Assembly (NCBI RefSeq): GCF_001194135.2
Contig: NC_069001.1
Span: forward strand, 18,709,627-18,773,626
Length of the DNA: 64,000 bases
Origin: Octopus bimaculoides
Lineage: Eukaryota
Direction of reading: 5' to 3'
Part shown: piece after piece, positions 1-11,300 of the stretch
How positions within the stretch are numbered: position 1 is the first letter of the stretch
Layout of the letters: each line of letters begins with the position of its first letter
Notes under the pieces: generated by a model
Database searches by the model: none
Seen by the model: the letters and a program-made list of their open reading frames with translations, nothing else
What the model was told of the DNA's origin: nothing
Position numbers and translations under genes: made by a program

Positions 1-103
1 CTCTCTCCACTCGCAAAAACTATATATCCTTTAAGCAACATACAGCCACTGATCTTGTATACAGAAAAACAACTCAGAGCTTTCATCACTAGCCTGTGGT
101 TGT

Positions 104-146
104 CTCACACTGAGGATGGGTAACCAAGCAGAAACTTACGTCTGAG
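104..146 (+). ncRNA. Degenerate type-I hammerhead-like motif (PLE-type)
   Basis: CTGAGGA (110-116) ... GAAAC-TTAC-GTC (131-142). Stem II is partly deleted (TGG-GTAA-CCA-AGCA) and stem I is imperfect (ctcaca/tgag). Confidence 0.45.
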
Positions 147-348
147 CATATCACGTAAGGCTAGAGATGGGAACGATGACTTCCTTTGCAAATGCTATAC
201 GGACAGGAAACTGTGTGTCAATAGCCAGCTGGAAAAGATATTTTCCTGGGCTAAAACAATACTAACATCATCCTTTACAAGACTTCTACATTCTGTTATC
301 ACAAAAATTTTATGTATATATATATATAGATATATAGATATATATATA

Positions 349-686
349 GTGAAGGTGCATGGCTCAGTGGTTAGAGCATCAGATTCACAATCAATAGGTA
401 ATGAGTTTGAATCCCGGACCGGGCTGTGTGTTGTGTTCTTGAACAAAGCACTTTATTTCACGTTGCTCCAGTTCACTCAACTGTAAAAATGAGACGTTGG
501 TGTTAAGCTGCATCAGCCTTTGCCTTTCCCTTGGATAACATCAGTGGTGTAGAGAGAGGTGACTGGTATGCATGGGCAACTATTGGTTTTCCATAAACAA
601 ACTGCCCTGGGCTTGTGCCTCGGAGGGAAACTTTCTCTGTGCAACCCCATGGTCATCCATGACCAAAGGGGATATTTACCTTTACC

Positions 687-690
<4 letters not shown>
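349..690 (+). mobile_element. tRNA-type SINE, family 1
   Basis: tRNA-like head with A-box (TGGCTCAGTGG) and B-box-like (GAGTTTGAATCCC) motifs, followed by a (CA)n tail. Other copies at 52065-52225 and, for the 3' part, 43105-43192. Confidence 0.85.
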
Positions 691-747
<57 letters not shown>

Positions 748-1584
748 ACGCACACACACACAGATGTATATACATTGGAGGAAGCATTTATCAGACTGCA
801 TCCACAGTTTGCAACTGTCATATATGTACAGCCAATGTGGCCAACTGTCACAGTAACAGTGATTGTGCTTGCTGGCAACATTGATAGTAACAATAACATT
901 AACTTGGCCAATGATCATTCCCATGCCAAAAGTGCTGGCAGCAGATTTAATGGTAATGGTAATAATAAAAAATGTTACGAATGACAATATTGACACGATT
1001 CACATTAATATGTTAACAAATATTGGTGTTGTTATAGTACAAATAATAATGTAAATATATATATATATATATTTACATTATTATTTGTACTATAAACTGT
1101 AATAATAATTATCTCAGGGCTAACCTTACTGTCCAAAATATTAATAATCTCTTTGACCATAGTTTAATCTTGGATAATATGATTGGATCTAATGATTTTA
1201 CAGAATTTAGCTTGCTGAAACTACCTGTGTGCAGCAGATTAATATCCCTGCTGCTGATACCTGTAACATTAATGTCCACCTCATGTGTTTTGTAATTGTA
1301 AAAACAAACTTCAATGCCTTGTCCATAATTTATGCCTAACTACAAATAGTATGTATGGGTGTGATATCAATACTAACATGATTACATTTACATTTAGGCT
1401 CAGCTGGAAAAGTATTCAAGAATCAATTATATAATCATATCCATATATTTAAGACTTGTGATAAAGCTAAAATTATGTCATGAAAAAATTGGGTAATTGA
1501 AAGATAAAAATGTTGAGTTCCATATTACCTTATATAAGAGATAAATATAGCTGTAGACTTTGCTGCACAAAATTACTGGATATC

Positions 1585-1935
1585 TGTTGTAAAGCGGTCT
1601 TTTTCTACTGTTGTATCTTTCTTTTGACAACGGTTGTTGCTCTAACTGATATTGTTATATTCCGAAATCATCAATTGAATGGTTCTATCTGGCACTGTAC
1701 GACCCCCAGTCATACAATGTTATTATTCCCAAACGGTTAGATCGATATAACATCCACTCAGTATCACAGTATAATTACTATATCAGCACAGACACAGCTA
1801 TCAGCACAGTCTACTCGTACTCTCAACCTTCTTGACTTTCTTGACCTTCTCCTGTTGACTGGCTACTGGTCTATTTATAACGGTTGACTACTACCACTTT
1901 TTACCAGGAAGGGTGTACAGTTTCACTATACAACA
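1585..1935 (-). mobile_element. Solo LTR, Gypsy-related
   Basis: Termini TGTTGTA...TACAACA; 5-bp TSD ATATC at 1580-1584 and 1936-1940; TATAAAT on the minus strand; end resembles the LTR ends of the 8357-13135 element. Confidence 0.85.
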
Positions 1936-3057
1936 ATATCCTAAAATGTTCTGGTGAGATCCTCAATAACTTTAGAGAACTTAGGGCAAAATGCGCGTAT
2001 CACATTAAAAACATATTTTCATACTTTAAATCTGTTAGCTAAAATGTTCCTGGCTGCCATGCTACTTAGATCTCTTTGCCTGTAAATATTCTCTAAAAGT
2101 ATACTTTAGTTAGATAGACTTCTTCTCATTTCTGTAGTTTATGAATATTCTGATTAATTGTTATGAATAGTATCTCGGTTATAATGTCTTACGTTTAAGC
2201 TGGTTTCAATACATTTCCCTGAGGTGAAGTTTACATTTTTAACATCGCCGATTCCTATGGATCGCATAAATTGTAATTCTTTGAAACATATGTCGGAATA
2301 AAAGTATGCAGTTATAACATGCGTTTACTCCATTCTTTAAATTTATATATATATATAGATAGATAGATAGATAGATATAATATAATATAATATAATATAA
2401 TATAATATAATATAATATAATATAATATATATGTATATATATATATATAAAAGAGTATAAAAGTGATAAATTATTCTGGCAGATACTGACTTATCTCATA
2501 AAATGGTATGGATGCAGGCTACCCACAACAGTCCAATTACATAGTACTCAAGTATAAATAGATGCTGGTACTTGTAAGCTCCACTTGTTGGGTAGTTTCT
2601 TGTTACTATTCAGAACTGCAAATATTCTGTAGAGTATATAATTGAAAAGCAAGAGGAGAGTGGAGATTTATTCTCATCCAAAACTTTTTGGTAAAAAAAG
2701 TTTTCTACAGCATATATAACAATGGCCAACATATGTTTCTACTGCAACAACTACACATTGCTCTGTATGCAATTATGCATTCTAGTCACTGCAATTTCAT
2801 CAAGTGTCCATCACAACGTTTTCAAAGTAAATTAATTCAAACAAGCTTCCTGTGTTGGTATTCAGTTAACGGTTATAGCGTTACTTTTTAAATCAAATTG
2901 AATTCTGGTCCTATAATCACTTCTACACAGAGCAATGTGTAATTGTTGCAGTGGAAACATATGTTGATCATTGTTATATATGCTGAAGAAAACTTTTTAA
3001 TAAAAAGTTTTGAATGTGACTAAATCTCCACTCTCCTCTTCATTTTCAATTATATAT

Positions 3058-3350
3058 ATATATTAATTATATAATAAGGATAAAATCATTCACGAGAATA
3101 AAAACCTCACAGGTAAATTTTCCAAATATTATATTATAACAAGGGATACCAAAGGCACCATATTCCAAAGGCACCATATTCCAAAGGCACCAAAACCTCC
3201 TTAAAAAGGCTCCATAAACACAGGTTGTAATCATTTTGCCAATCCCTTGTTATAATATTTTGGAAAATTTACCCATGAGGTTTTTATTTTTGTGTTGACC
3301 TCCTGATAAAAATCATGAATGATTTTATCCTTATTATATAATTAATATAT
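3058..3350. repeat. Foldback (long inverted repeat) element
   Basis: Arms of roughly 90 bp (ATATATTAATTATATAATAAGGATAAAATCATTCA... and its reverse complement); internal 16-bp tandem CCAAAGGCACCATATT; an inverted related fragment lies at about 3640-3750. Confidence 0.8.
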
Positions 3351-3877
3351 GAACATTTTTACTCTGATCAAAGTTGCATTCACTGCAGCATTATTTTGAT
3401 ATATAACACGTGGTTTGAAGAGAATGAGGTAAATTCTACTTTTACTGTATGTTTTTGCAAGTGTGTATACATATTGCCATGTGATGGCTCTGCTTGTATG
3501 GGTATGTGTGGATACTTGTACATTTATGCAACAGAATATTGACGCTGATGATAGCAGTTGGTATTTTTTTACCTTTAGCTTGAAATGCGATCTTATAAGC
3601 GATTAATCAAAAGTTTAATTTATTATCTTTCTTTTGCTCAACTACAACCTGTGTTTTTGGAGTTATTTTAAGGGGATTTTAGCGCCTTTGGCATCTATTT
3701 TGAGTGCATGGTGAGGCGTTTTGCCAATCCCTTGTTATAATATATATACATATAGTAAATTAAAGCTTTACCAGTAAGCTGTCTTTCATTTACCATATAC
3801 ATGATGAACACTATGAAAGTGACCATGCTTTACCAGTAAGCTACCAGGTGTGAACCATTTGTTTTATTATCTATCTA

Positions 3878-4455
3878 TCATCCTCATAATCATCATCGCT
3901 TAACGTCCGCTTTCCATGCTGGCATAGGTGGGATGGTTCAACCAGGGTCTGGGAAGCCAGGAGGCTGCACCAGGCTCCAGTCTGATCTGGCAGTGTTCCT
4001 ACAGCTGAATGCCCTTCCTAACGCCAACCACTCTGTGAGTGTAGTGGGTACTTTTTACGTACCACTGGCACAGGGACCAGAGGAGGCTGGCAATGGCCAC
4101 GATCAATTGGTGCTTTTTATGTGCCACTGGCATGGAAGCCAGTCAAGGCAGCACTGGCATCGGCCACATTCGGATGGTGCTTTTAACGTGCCACCGGCAC
4201 GGGTATCACAACTACAAATTCCAATTTGATATTGATGTACTTACACAGTAGGTTGCCCTATGATCCAAGGTACTTTTGAATGGGCTGGGGCTGGTTATGC
4301 GAAACTGGTGTAGGATATAGCCGTGAACTCACTTTATTTGCCGGGTCTTTGCAGTCACAGCATATCTCCAGAGGTCTCAGTCTTTCGTTATTGCCTCTGT
4401 GAGGCCCAACGTTTGAAGGTCATGCTTCACCACCTCATCCCATATCTTCCTGGGT
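3878..4455 (-). mobile_element. RTE-type LINE 3' end with (GAT)n tail
   Basis: Matches the 3' ORF and UTR of the 40735-42025 copy in reverse orientation; (CAT)n tail on the plus strand. Confidence 0.85.
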
Positions 4456-4458
4456 GTA

Positions 4459-4516
<58 letters not shown>

Positions 4517-4519
<3 letters not shown>

Positions 4520-4523
4520 TCAC

Positions 4524-4559
<36 letters not shown>

Positions 4560-5060
4560 TTAAGATCTGTCTTCCATGCATGCATATGTAGGATGGTTGA
4601 CAGGAGCCGGCCAGGTAAAAGACTACCCTAGGCTACTGTGTCTGTTTTGGCATGGTTTTTTATGGCTGGATGCCCTTCCTAACACCAACCACTCTGCAGA
4701 GTGGATTCAGTGCTTTTTACGTGGTACTAGCACAGACTAGGTTAGTTTTGGCATGACTTTTACAGCTGGATGCCCTTCCAAATGCCAACCACTTTACAGT
4801 GTGGACTGGATGCATTTTACATGTCATCAGCACTGGCAGGATCACCAAGTAACTCACAAGACAAGGAATTATGAGAAGGGCAGGGGCATTTGAGGAGGGG
4901 AACTTGTGTCGGGATGAAAGGTTAGAGTGTGACAGAGACAGAGAGGCAGAAACAGGTGTCTTGCTATAATGTAGGGGGCATTGGGGGAGGTGATCCAGAA
5001 TCAGATGATGAAAGGTTAGAGTGTGACAGAGAAATAGAGAGGTAGAAACAAGTGTCTTGC
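4517..5060 (-). mobile_element. RTE-tail-related retroposon fragment
   Basis: (CAT)n tail followed by the shared GGATGCCCTTCC...CCAACCAC motif, present twice; grades into a GA-rich tract. Confidence 0.6.
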
Positions 5061-5083
5061 TTATAGAGGAGGTACAGGATTAC

Positions 5084-5136
<53 letters not shown>

Positions 5137-5728
5137 AAGACAGAGTGAGAGAGGGGTACAAGAAAGAGGACAGAAACAGGTGTGCTGATGTAAAAGAGAT
5201 AATTGGTTACCTAGCCAGAAGGAAAAACAAGAGAAGGAGAAAGAGTGATCAAGAATGAGGGCAGAAATAGGTGTGTTGCTGTAGAGGAGATACATGGCTA
5301 CCCAGCCAGAGGAAAGAGAAAAGGAAAGAGAGAGAGTAGGAAACAGCAAAAGTGTAAGAGAGACCAGGAGAGAGATGGTAAAGTGCCAGGGTATACTCAC
5401 AAGTAACAAGGATCAGAGCACAGATGTGATGGTAGAGTAAGAGAGAGGTATGAAGGTCGTAATATATGTGATCAGGTATTGCCAAGAAGGTGCAAGTAGG
5501 GAGTGGGGATTGCAGTGACTGGAAAAAATCTCGGTATAAAAATGGGGTGGGGGAAAGCAGCAATACTGTAATTAGGGCAGTGAGGACAGGGAAGGGGAGT
5601 GGGAGACAATTATAGTTTATGAAGAGGAAATGTGAGGAAGAGAAAGATGCAGTTTAGAAGAGGAGATGTAGTTTGGTTTTGGGGGTAGGGTGTGTGAAGG
5701 TTTGCTGTTACATGTGGGTGTTACATAT

Positions 5729-5858
5729 TCTTCAGGTTCATGTAGTAGTGGTGATAGTTATGTTTTACAATTTACAGCTATAGTGAGAGTCTTCTCACTA
5801 CAGTTGTAAAACATAATTGTAAAACATAACTGTCACCACTACTACATGAACCTGAAGA
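5729..5858. repeat. Palindrome upstream of and ending in a hammerhead core
   Basis: TCTTCAGGTTCATGTAGTAGTGGTG... / ...CACCACTACTACATGAACCTGAAGA, centred on GTGAGA-GTCT-TCTCAC. Confidence 0.85.
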
Positions 5859-5890
5859 TTGCATAGTTTAATGCATGAAAGTACTAGTGC
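5848..5890 (+). ncRNA. Type-I hammerhead-like motif, family B
   Basis: gaac-CTGAAGA-T-TGCAT-agttta-ATGCA-T-GAAA-GTAC-TA-gtgc; same family as 61835-61878, including the shared downstream tail. Confidence 0.6.
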
Positions 5891-6067
5891 AATCAGAATG
5901 GACATCTAATATTCTATCATTTCAGTATTATATTATCTTATATTGTATTATTATAAGATTGTAAATAAAACGTGAAAATCAGATGAAGTTGGAATTTCTT
6001 TGAGTAATATGTTCTTCTATACGTAAACATACACACCTATATGTGTGTGTATATATATATATATATG

Positions 6068-6315
6068 ATTTAAAGTAAACAGAAAATGGAGAAATATTGA
6101 TCAACAACAATTTACTAACACCAATTATTACTTTTTAATATAAATAGACTGTATCCCATCTAACAGCTGTTTCTGCATCCAATGTTCCATGGTATTGCCA
6201 TTGAAAATTCTGAAAATAATATTAATTTTCAGGATTTTCAATGGCAGTACCATGGAATATTGGAAGCATTAGAAGTTGTTGATCAATATTTCTCCATTTT
6301 CTGCTTACTTTAAAT
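6068..6315. repeat. Foldback of a PLE-type 3' tail
   Basis: Outer arms TTTAAAGTAAACAGAAAATGGAGAAATATTGATCAACAAC and its reverse complement, plus inner arms. The left arm carries the hammerhead 3' half GAAAC-AGCT-GTT on the minus strand (6162-6173). Confidence 0.75.
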
Positions 6316-6659
6316 TTGATTCCTGATAAACTCATGTTTATCTTTGTCATTGCCTGTAACCTATAAGCATAATATGCTTGCATATGTATGCCCAGGGTTA
6401 ACATAGGCAATTATACCCGTGGTAAGATGGATATTTTTATCCCTTAGGCGGTTATTCCAGCCTCTAACTCTACTAACTTATATATNNNNNNNNNNNNNNN
6501 NNNTATAGATATATATATATGTATGTATGTGTGTATGTATGTATGTATGTATGTATGTATGTATGTATGTATGTATGTATGTATGTGTGTATGTGTGTGT
6601 GTATGTATGAGAAAAAGAGATGACACAGGAAAAATAATGGTTATGTCATGTACTTCATT

Positions 6660-6740
6660 AGTTTACAGCTGTTTCTGCTATAAGATGCAGTGTATTTTTA
6701 GCTGATTGCCTGAATAACCTCCTATAGCTTCATTGGAGCC
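6660..6740 (-). ncRNA. Degenerate hammerhead-like motif, family of 55591/55685
   Basis: ggct-CCAATGA-AGCTATAG...CTTATAGC-A-GAAAC-AGCT-GTA-aact; two substitutions in the core. Confidence 0.45.
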
Positions 6741-6774
6741 TTGAATAGTGAGTCAAGGAAGCCATGTTTCATTA

Positions 6775-7960
6775 TTGCGAATTAGCACATTCGTGCTTTT
6801 GCAACAGCAGCCAATCTGAGCTGGTAGTGTACCTATAAAATCAGTAGTCATCAGCCCAGAAGTGGAGCACGCCTTTTGGCAGTCAGTCAGGGAAAGACCT
6901 CAAAACCACAACTGTCAATGAACAGATCTCCACAACCATCGGCAAATAGGTCCTACGACTGTCAGCGAACAGAGCTGTATGACCATCAGTGGACAGATGA
7001 CCACAACCGATAGCAACAGATCTTGACATTTCACACCAGCCTTTGTACCAGCAGCTGTTGCCTGTTTGTTTTTCTTACATCCTTAACACTGCAAACTTCT
7101 AACCTACTTGTGCAATTGTGAGTTTTCTTGGCTTCCCTCTGACTCCAACATATCTACGCTCACTTTGCTCAGCACTTGTCAATAATCCCAAATAAATTAC
7201 TATTCTTTATTTACAAAACATGCCTTCTGACATATACGTCATTCCCCGTTATAATGGGACATTGTTACATTCGAACATGTTCCAACCTAAATCGTAACAC
7301 TGGTGACTCGAATGTTGAAATATTTTTGTTCAAGAAATATTCTCACCCCACCAAAAAATATATAAAAATATTTTTTATATATAACAGTGACTAAGCAAAT
7401 GTTTCCATTATGGCTACCTTTCTTCTTCATTGTACTTTAGTTGCACCTTATGTATGCATAGCCATACTCAACGTGCATGTCTTGCCTTGTTTTGGATGAA
7501 TTTTCTTGCTTGTCGCCATGATGTAAAATTCGATTCTACTTCAAGTTATGCCATTTCATTCTTCACTGCACTGGACTTTTTCCTCAACTCACCGAGCTTC
7601 TCCAGAATCGCCACATGAAGAATGACTTCCCTTCACTTGCACCTGTTTAACTCAGGTTTTCAATGCTGGGAAACAGCATCCCTCCTTGAACACTATGTCT
7701 CCAAAGCAAAGCTTTCAGTTGTGGTTAACACATCAGACACTGCAATCAGTGCTGTTTTACAGTCCTTTCATCAGCAAAACTTGCAAACCTCTGACCTCCT
7801 CTGGACTTACTCAAGATAACTTCTCTCAAATTTTCCGTGTGCAAATTCCATACTCACTTGTGCCAACCTCCGTAGATCCTGTCCAAACCATTTCACCTTG
7901 TCCTTTCATACCACTCAATCATCGAGGAGCTGTTTTTGAAGCTTTGCTTCATCTGTCACT
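6775..7960 (+). mobile_element. Deleted Gypsy remnant (LTR-like region, PBS-like site, RNase H and integrase pieces)
   Basis: ...CGTAACA then C-TGGTGAC (7301) resembles an LTR end plus PBS; VVNTSDTAISAVLQ resembles the RNase H motif VDASDTAIGAVLQ; PFIPLNHRGAVFEAL resembles the pre-integrase H2C2 region. The left boundary is approximate. Confidence 0.55.
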
Positions 7961-8356
7961 TCTGCTGCCTCAGTCATGCGATGACTGGTACGTGCGCGAG
8001 TGTTGAACATACCAGTCATCGCATGACTGAGGCAGCATACATAAGGTGCAACTAAAGTACAATGAAGAAGAAAGGTAGCCTTAGTCATATGGCAACTGGC
8101 AGCTTCCATCATAAAGAGCCCAAAAATGACCAGTGCTAAAGATATCCTTCCGCCCTTATTGCCTCATCCAAACTGAATTTGTCAAAGTTAACTGTTACAT
8201 CATGATCATCATTCTTACTAGTTTAATTTTAATTTTTACTTCTACTTCTACATTCCTTTCTTTCTCTCCTTCTCCTTTTCCCTCCTTTTTATATCTCTTA
8301 TATCTATTTATATCTTTTATGTACATATATACATACATATATAAATACATACACAT

Positions 8357-11300
8357 TGTTATAATGTGGATCCTCATCCACTTGTATATTGTTGTCGGCA
8401 CTAATATTCTTGTCACCACTAATATGTTGTGGTGGTATTCTGTGCCTTATTATCTTTGACTCATCTATCGTGCTCTCACTGATAGCTCTGCAAGACAATG
8501 ACTTTGAAACATCTACCTTGATGGTAACTCGAACTCTTATATATCACGTAACTGACACTGATTCCAAGAACTTGTACAATGACTCTACTACTACTACTGA
8601 CCCTCTACAATGACTGAAAGAGTGTACATTTTCACTACAACATCTCCCCTTTTAGTTTTTTTTTTCTTTGGGAAGCAAGTAATTTTATTTTACTTTATTC
8701 ATCCTTCCTCCCTTTTTAGCAGTTTTTTTCCAACTTAATATTTTTTCTTTTTGGTGTCTATTTGTAGGAACTCTGTGTTCTTCCTTTTTCTTCTACTTGT
8801 ACGTATGGGTTCAACCACCTGTAATGGGGTTGGTACCTGGAATGTATCATACAGCCATTCCATTGGTTCTTCCAGTCTGTCTGGTTCATTTTCTATGAAT
8901 CTCTCTAATTGGTTTCTGTGTCTGTTTCCAATACCTTTTCTGCTTCGAATTCCGTACATCATTTTCCTATATACTTTGTGATTTTTCCTTCTTCCAAGTA
9001 CTGTTTTCCAGTTTTATACGACCTCTTCTGAAGAATTTTGGATTGTCTTTTCTGGTACATTTTCTTTCCTTGCCAGGTAACAGTTTATCAAAAACTGATT
9101 TCACCTTCCTCACAAACATCAGTTCTGTTGGTGAACTTCCTGCTGGTGTATTGGGGTTCAGTGTCACCCTGTATACCCTTAGGAATTGCTGTAGAGTGAC
9201 TTCGTCGGTGGCTTCCTTGTTTGCTTTTCTCAAAACTCTTTTAAAAGTATCCACAAAATACTCTACCTGTCCATTTGATCTGGAACAGTAAGGTACTATC
9301 GTTTCATGTTCTATCGTAAACATTTCGCAGAATTTTCTATATTCACTGGACACAAATTGTGTTCCATTATCAGATACAATCATGTCTGGGATGCCAAATC
9401 TTGCGAATAATTTGTGCAAAAATTCATTACCATTGCAGAGGTTGGTCTTTTGCACTTAACAATTTTCAGCCATTTTGTAAAACTGTCAACTATTACTAAG
9501 TAGTAATAATCATTTAATGGACCCGCAAAATCAATGTGTTTTTTTTTGTTTCATTAATGAACTTGCCTTTTGACGCATATCACTTTATCTCCTCCAGAGT
9601 TATTGGTAACTCTCGTACAATGTTCCACATTATGTGTTTAATTTCCCCTTTGGCTCTTAGGGCTGCTATTACTGTGTCCTCAAATGGTTCACCATTTCTG
9701 GGTATTAACCTGGATAAGCCATCAGCATGTTCTAGCTTTTTTGAAGGTAAATATTCCATTGCAAATTGTAGTCTAGTAGTATTGTAAAATTACTATTTTT
9801 AAATCTCACAATGAGAGATATTCAGCAACAGTACTTTGGAGTAAAGATTTTTGCCAACATAACATGGCAGTCCTGGTTTAGGACGAATGTTGCTGTAATT
9901 TAGCCCCAGGAGACATTGTCTCCAGCTGGCTATACGACACGATCTGTGTCCTTGTTCGAAAATATAAGGACACAGATCGTGTCGTATAGCCAGCTGGAGA
10001 TGATGTCTCCTGGGGCTAAATTACAACAACATTCGTCCTAAACCAGGATTGCCATGTTATGTTGGCAAAAATCTTTAGTAGTATTGCTGCAACCTGTATG
10101 TACTGGGATTCCTTTCTTGGATCCCTAAATCATTAGCAACGGGTGATGGTCTGTTTGTAGTCTAAACTGTCTACTGTGTATAAACCTGTGGAACTTTTTT
10201 TATTATGCCAAATATAATCGCCAATGTCTCTTTTCCAATTTGGCTATAATATTTTTCCACTAGCAATAGCATCCTTGATGCATGAGCTATGGCCTTTTGG
10301 CTGCCATCTCCACATTTGTGTAGGAGTATGGCACTTACCCTGTACTCACTAGATTCTGTTGCCAGTATTGTTTCCAACTTTGGATTGAAGTATGTAAGCG
10401 ACAAGTCTGAAGTTAACATGCTTTTTGTTCCTCAAATGCCTTCTGGCATTTTTCTTACCAAAACCATTTGACATCCTTTTTTAATAGCTTGTTTAGTGGA
10501 ACCCTTGTGTTGTGTATGTTCAGGATATATACTTGATAGTAGTTTACCAAGCCTAAGAATGCTTGTGACAATTTGACGTTCATTGGGGGAGGCATATTCC
10601 ATATTGCTGTTGCCCTTGATGAGTCTGGCCTTCGTCCCCTTTCATCAGTTACTTGACCCAAATATTTGATTTTTTTCATCAAAAATTCACACTTTTTCTC
10701 TGTTAGTCTAAACCCGAATTCATTTATTTTTCTGAATACTTTTTTAAAATGTTCGAAGTGTTGCTCTACTGACTCGTTCTTTATGAAAATATCATTGAGA
10801 TAAATGATAACAAAGTCACAATCATTTAACATTGCATCCATCACTTGTTGGAATATGGTAGGTGCCACTTTTATTCCAAAAAGAAGCTGCTTGAATTTAT
10901 ACATGGTGTGTGTTGATTGTTAAAAGGTGTACACAATCTTCCTCTACCTGTATCTGTAGATAGGCTTCTGAGAAGTCTAACCTCGAGAAAATTTTTCCTC
11001 CATTCAGTTTTGAGAACACTTCTTCAGGGTTTGGTAATGGATAGTTGTGTTCGAGTAAACAATAATTTAATCCAGTTGAAAAGTCTGCACACACTCTTAG
11101 TTTATTATTATTTTTTTTTTTACATAAACTGTCAGGGCTGCCCAGCTAGACTTTTTAGTCTTTCTAGATCTTTATTGACCTGGTCCAGTGCCACAAACAG
11201 CACATTCCGTTTGGGCCTAAAAACAGGTGTTGCCTTTTCTTTACGATGATCCTCACTTTTGTTTTAGTGCAACAGCCTAATCCTTCCAAAAAAACATTTG

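Noticed and set aside
349-430. tRNA gene
   Set aside because: The tRNA-like head continues into a SINE body and recurs at 52065; no full cloverleaf.
513-1054. ORFs rich in CV/HT/TH and similar ORFs elsewhere (about 6444, 26000, 33400, 36000, 43074)
   Set aside because: Products of di- and tetranucleotide microsatellites.
2983-3025. CTGAAGA plus a 9-bp hairpin followed by GAAT-GTGAC-TA
   Set aside because: GAAA is broken and no stem I forms; low-complexity A/T stem.
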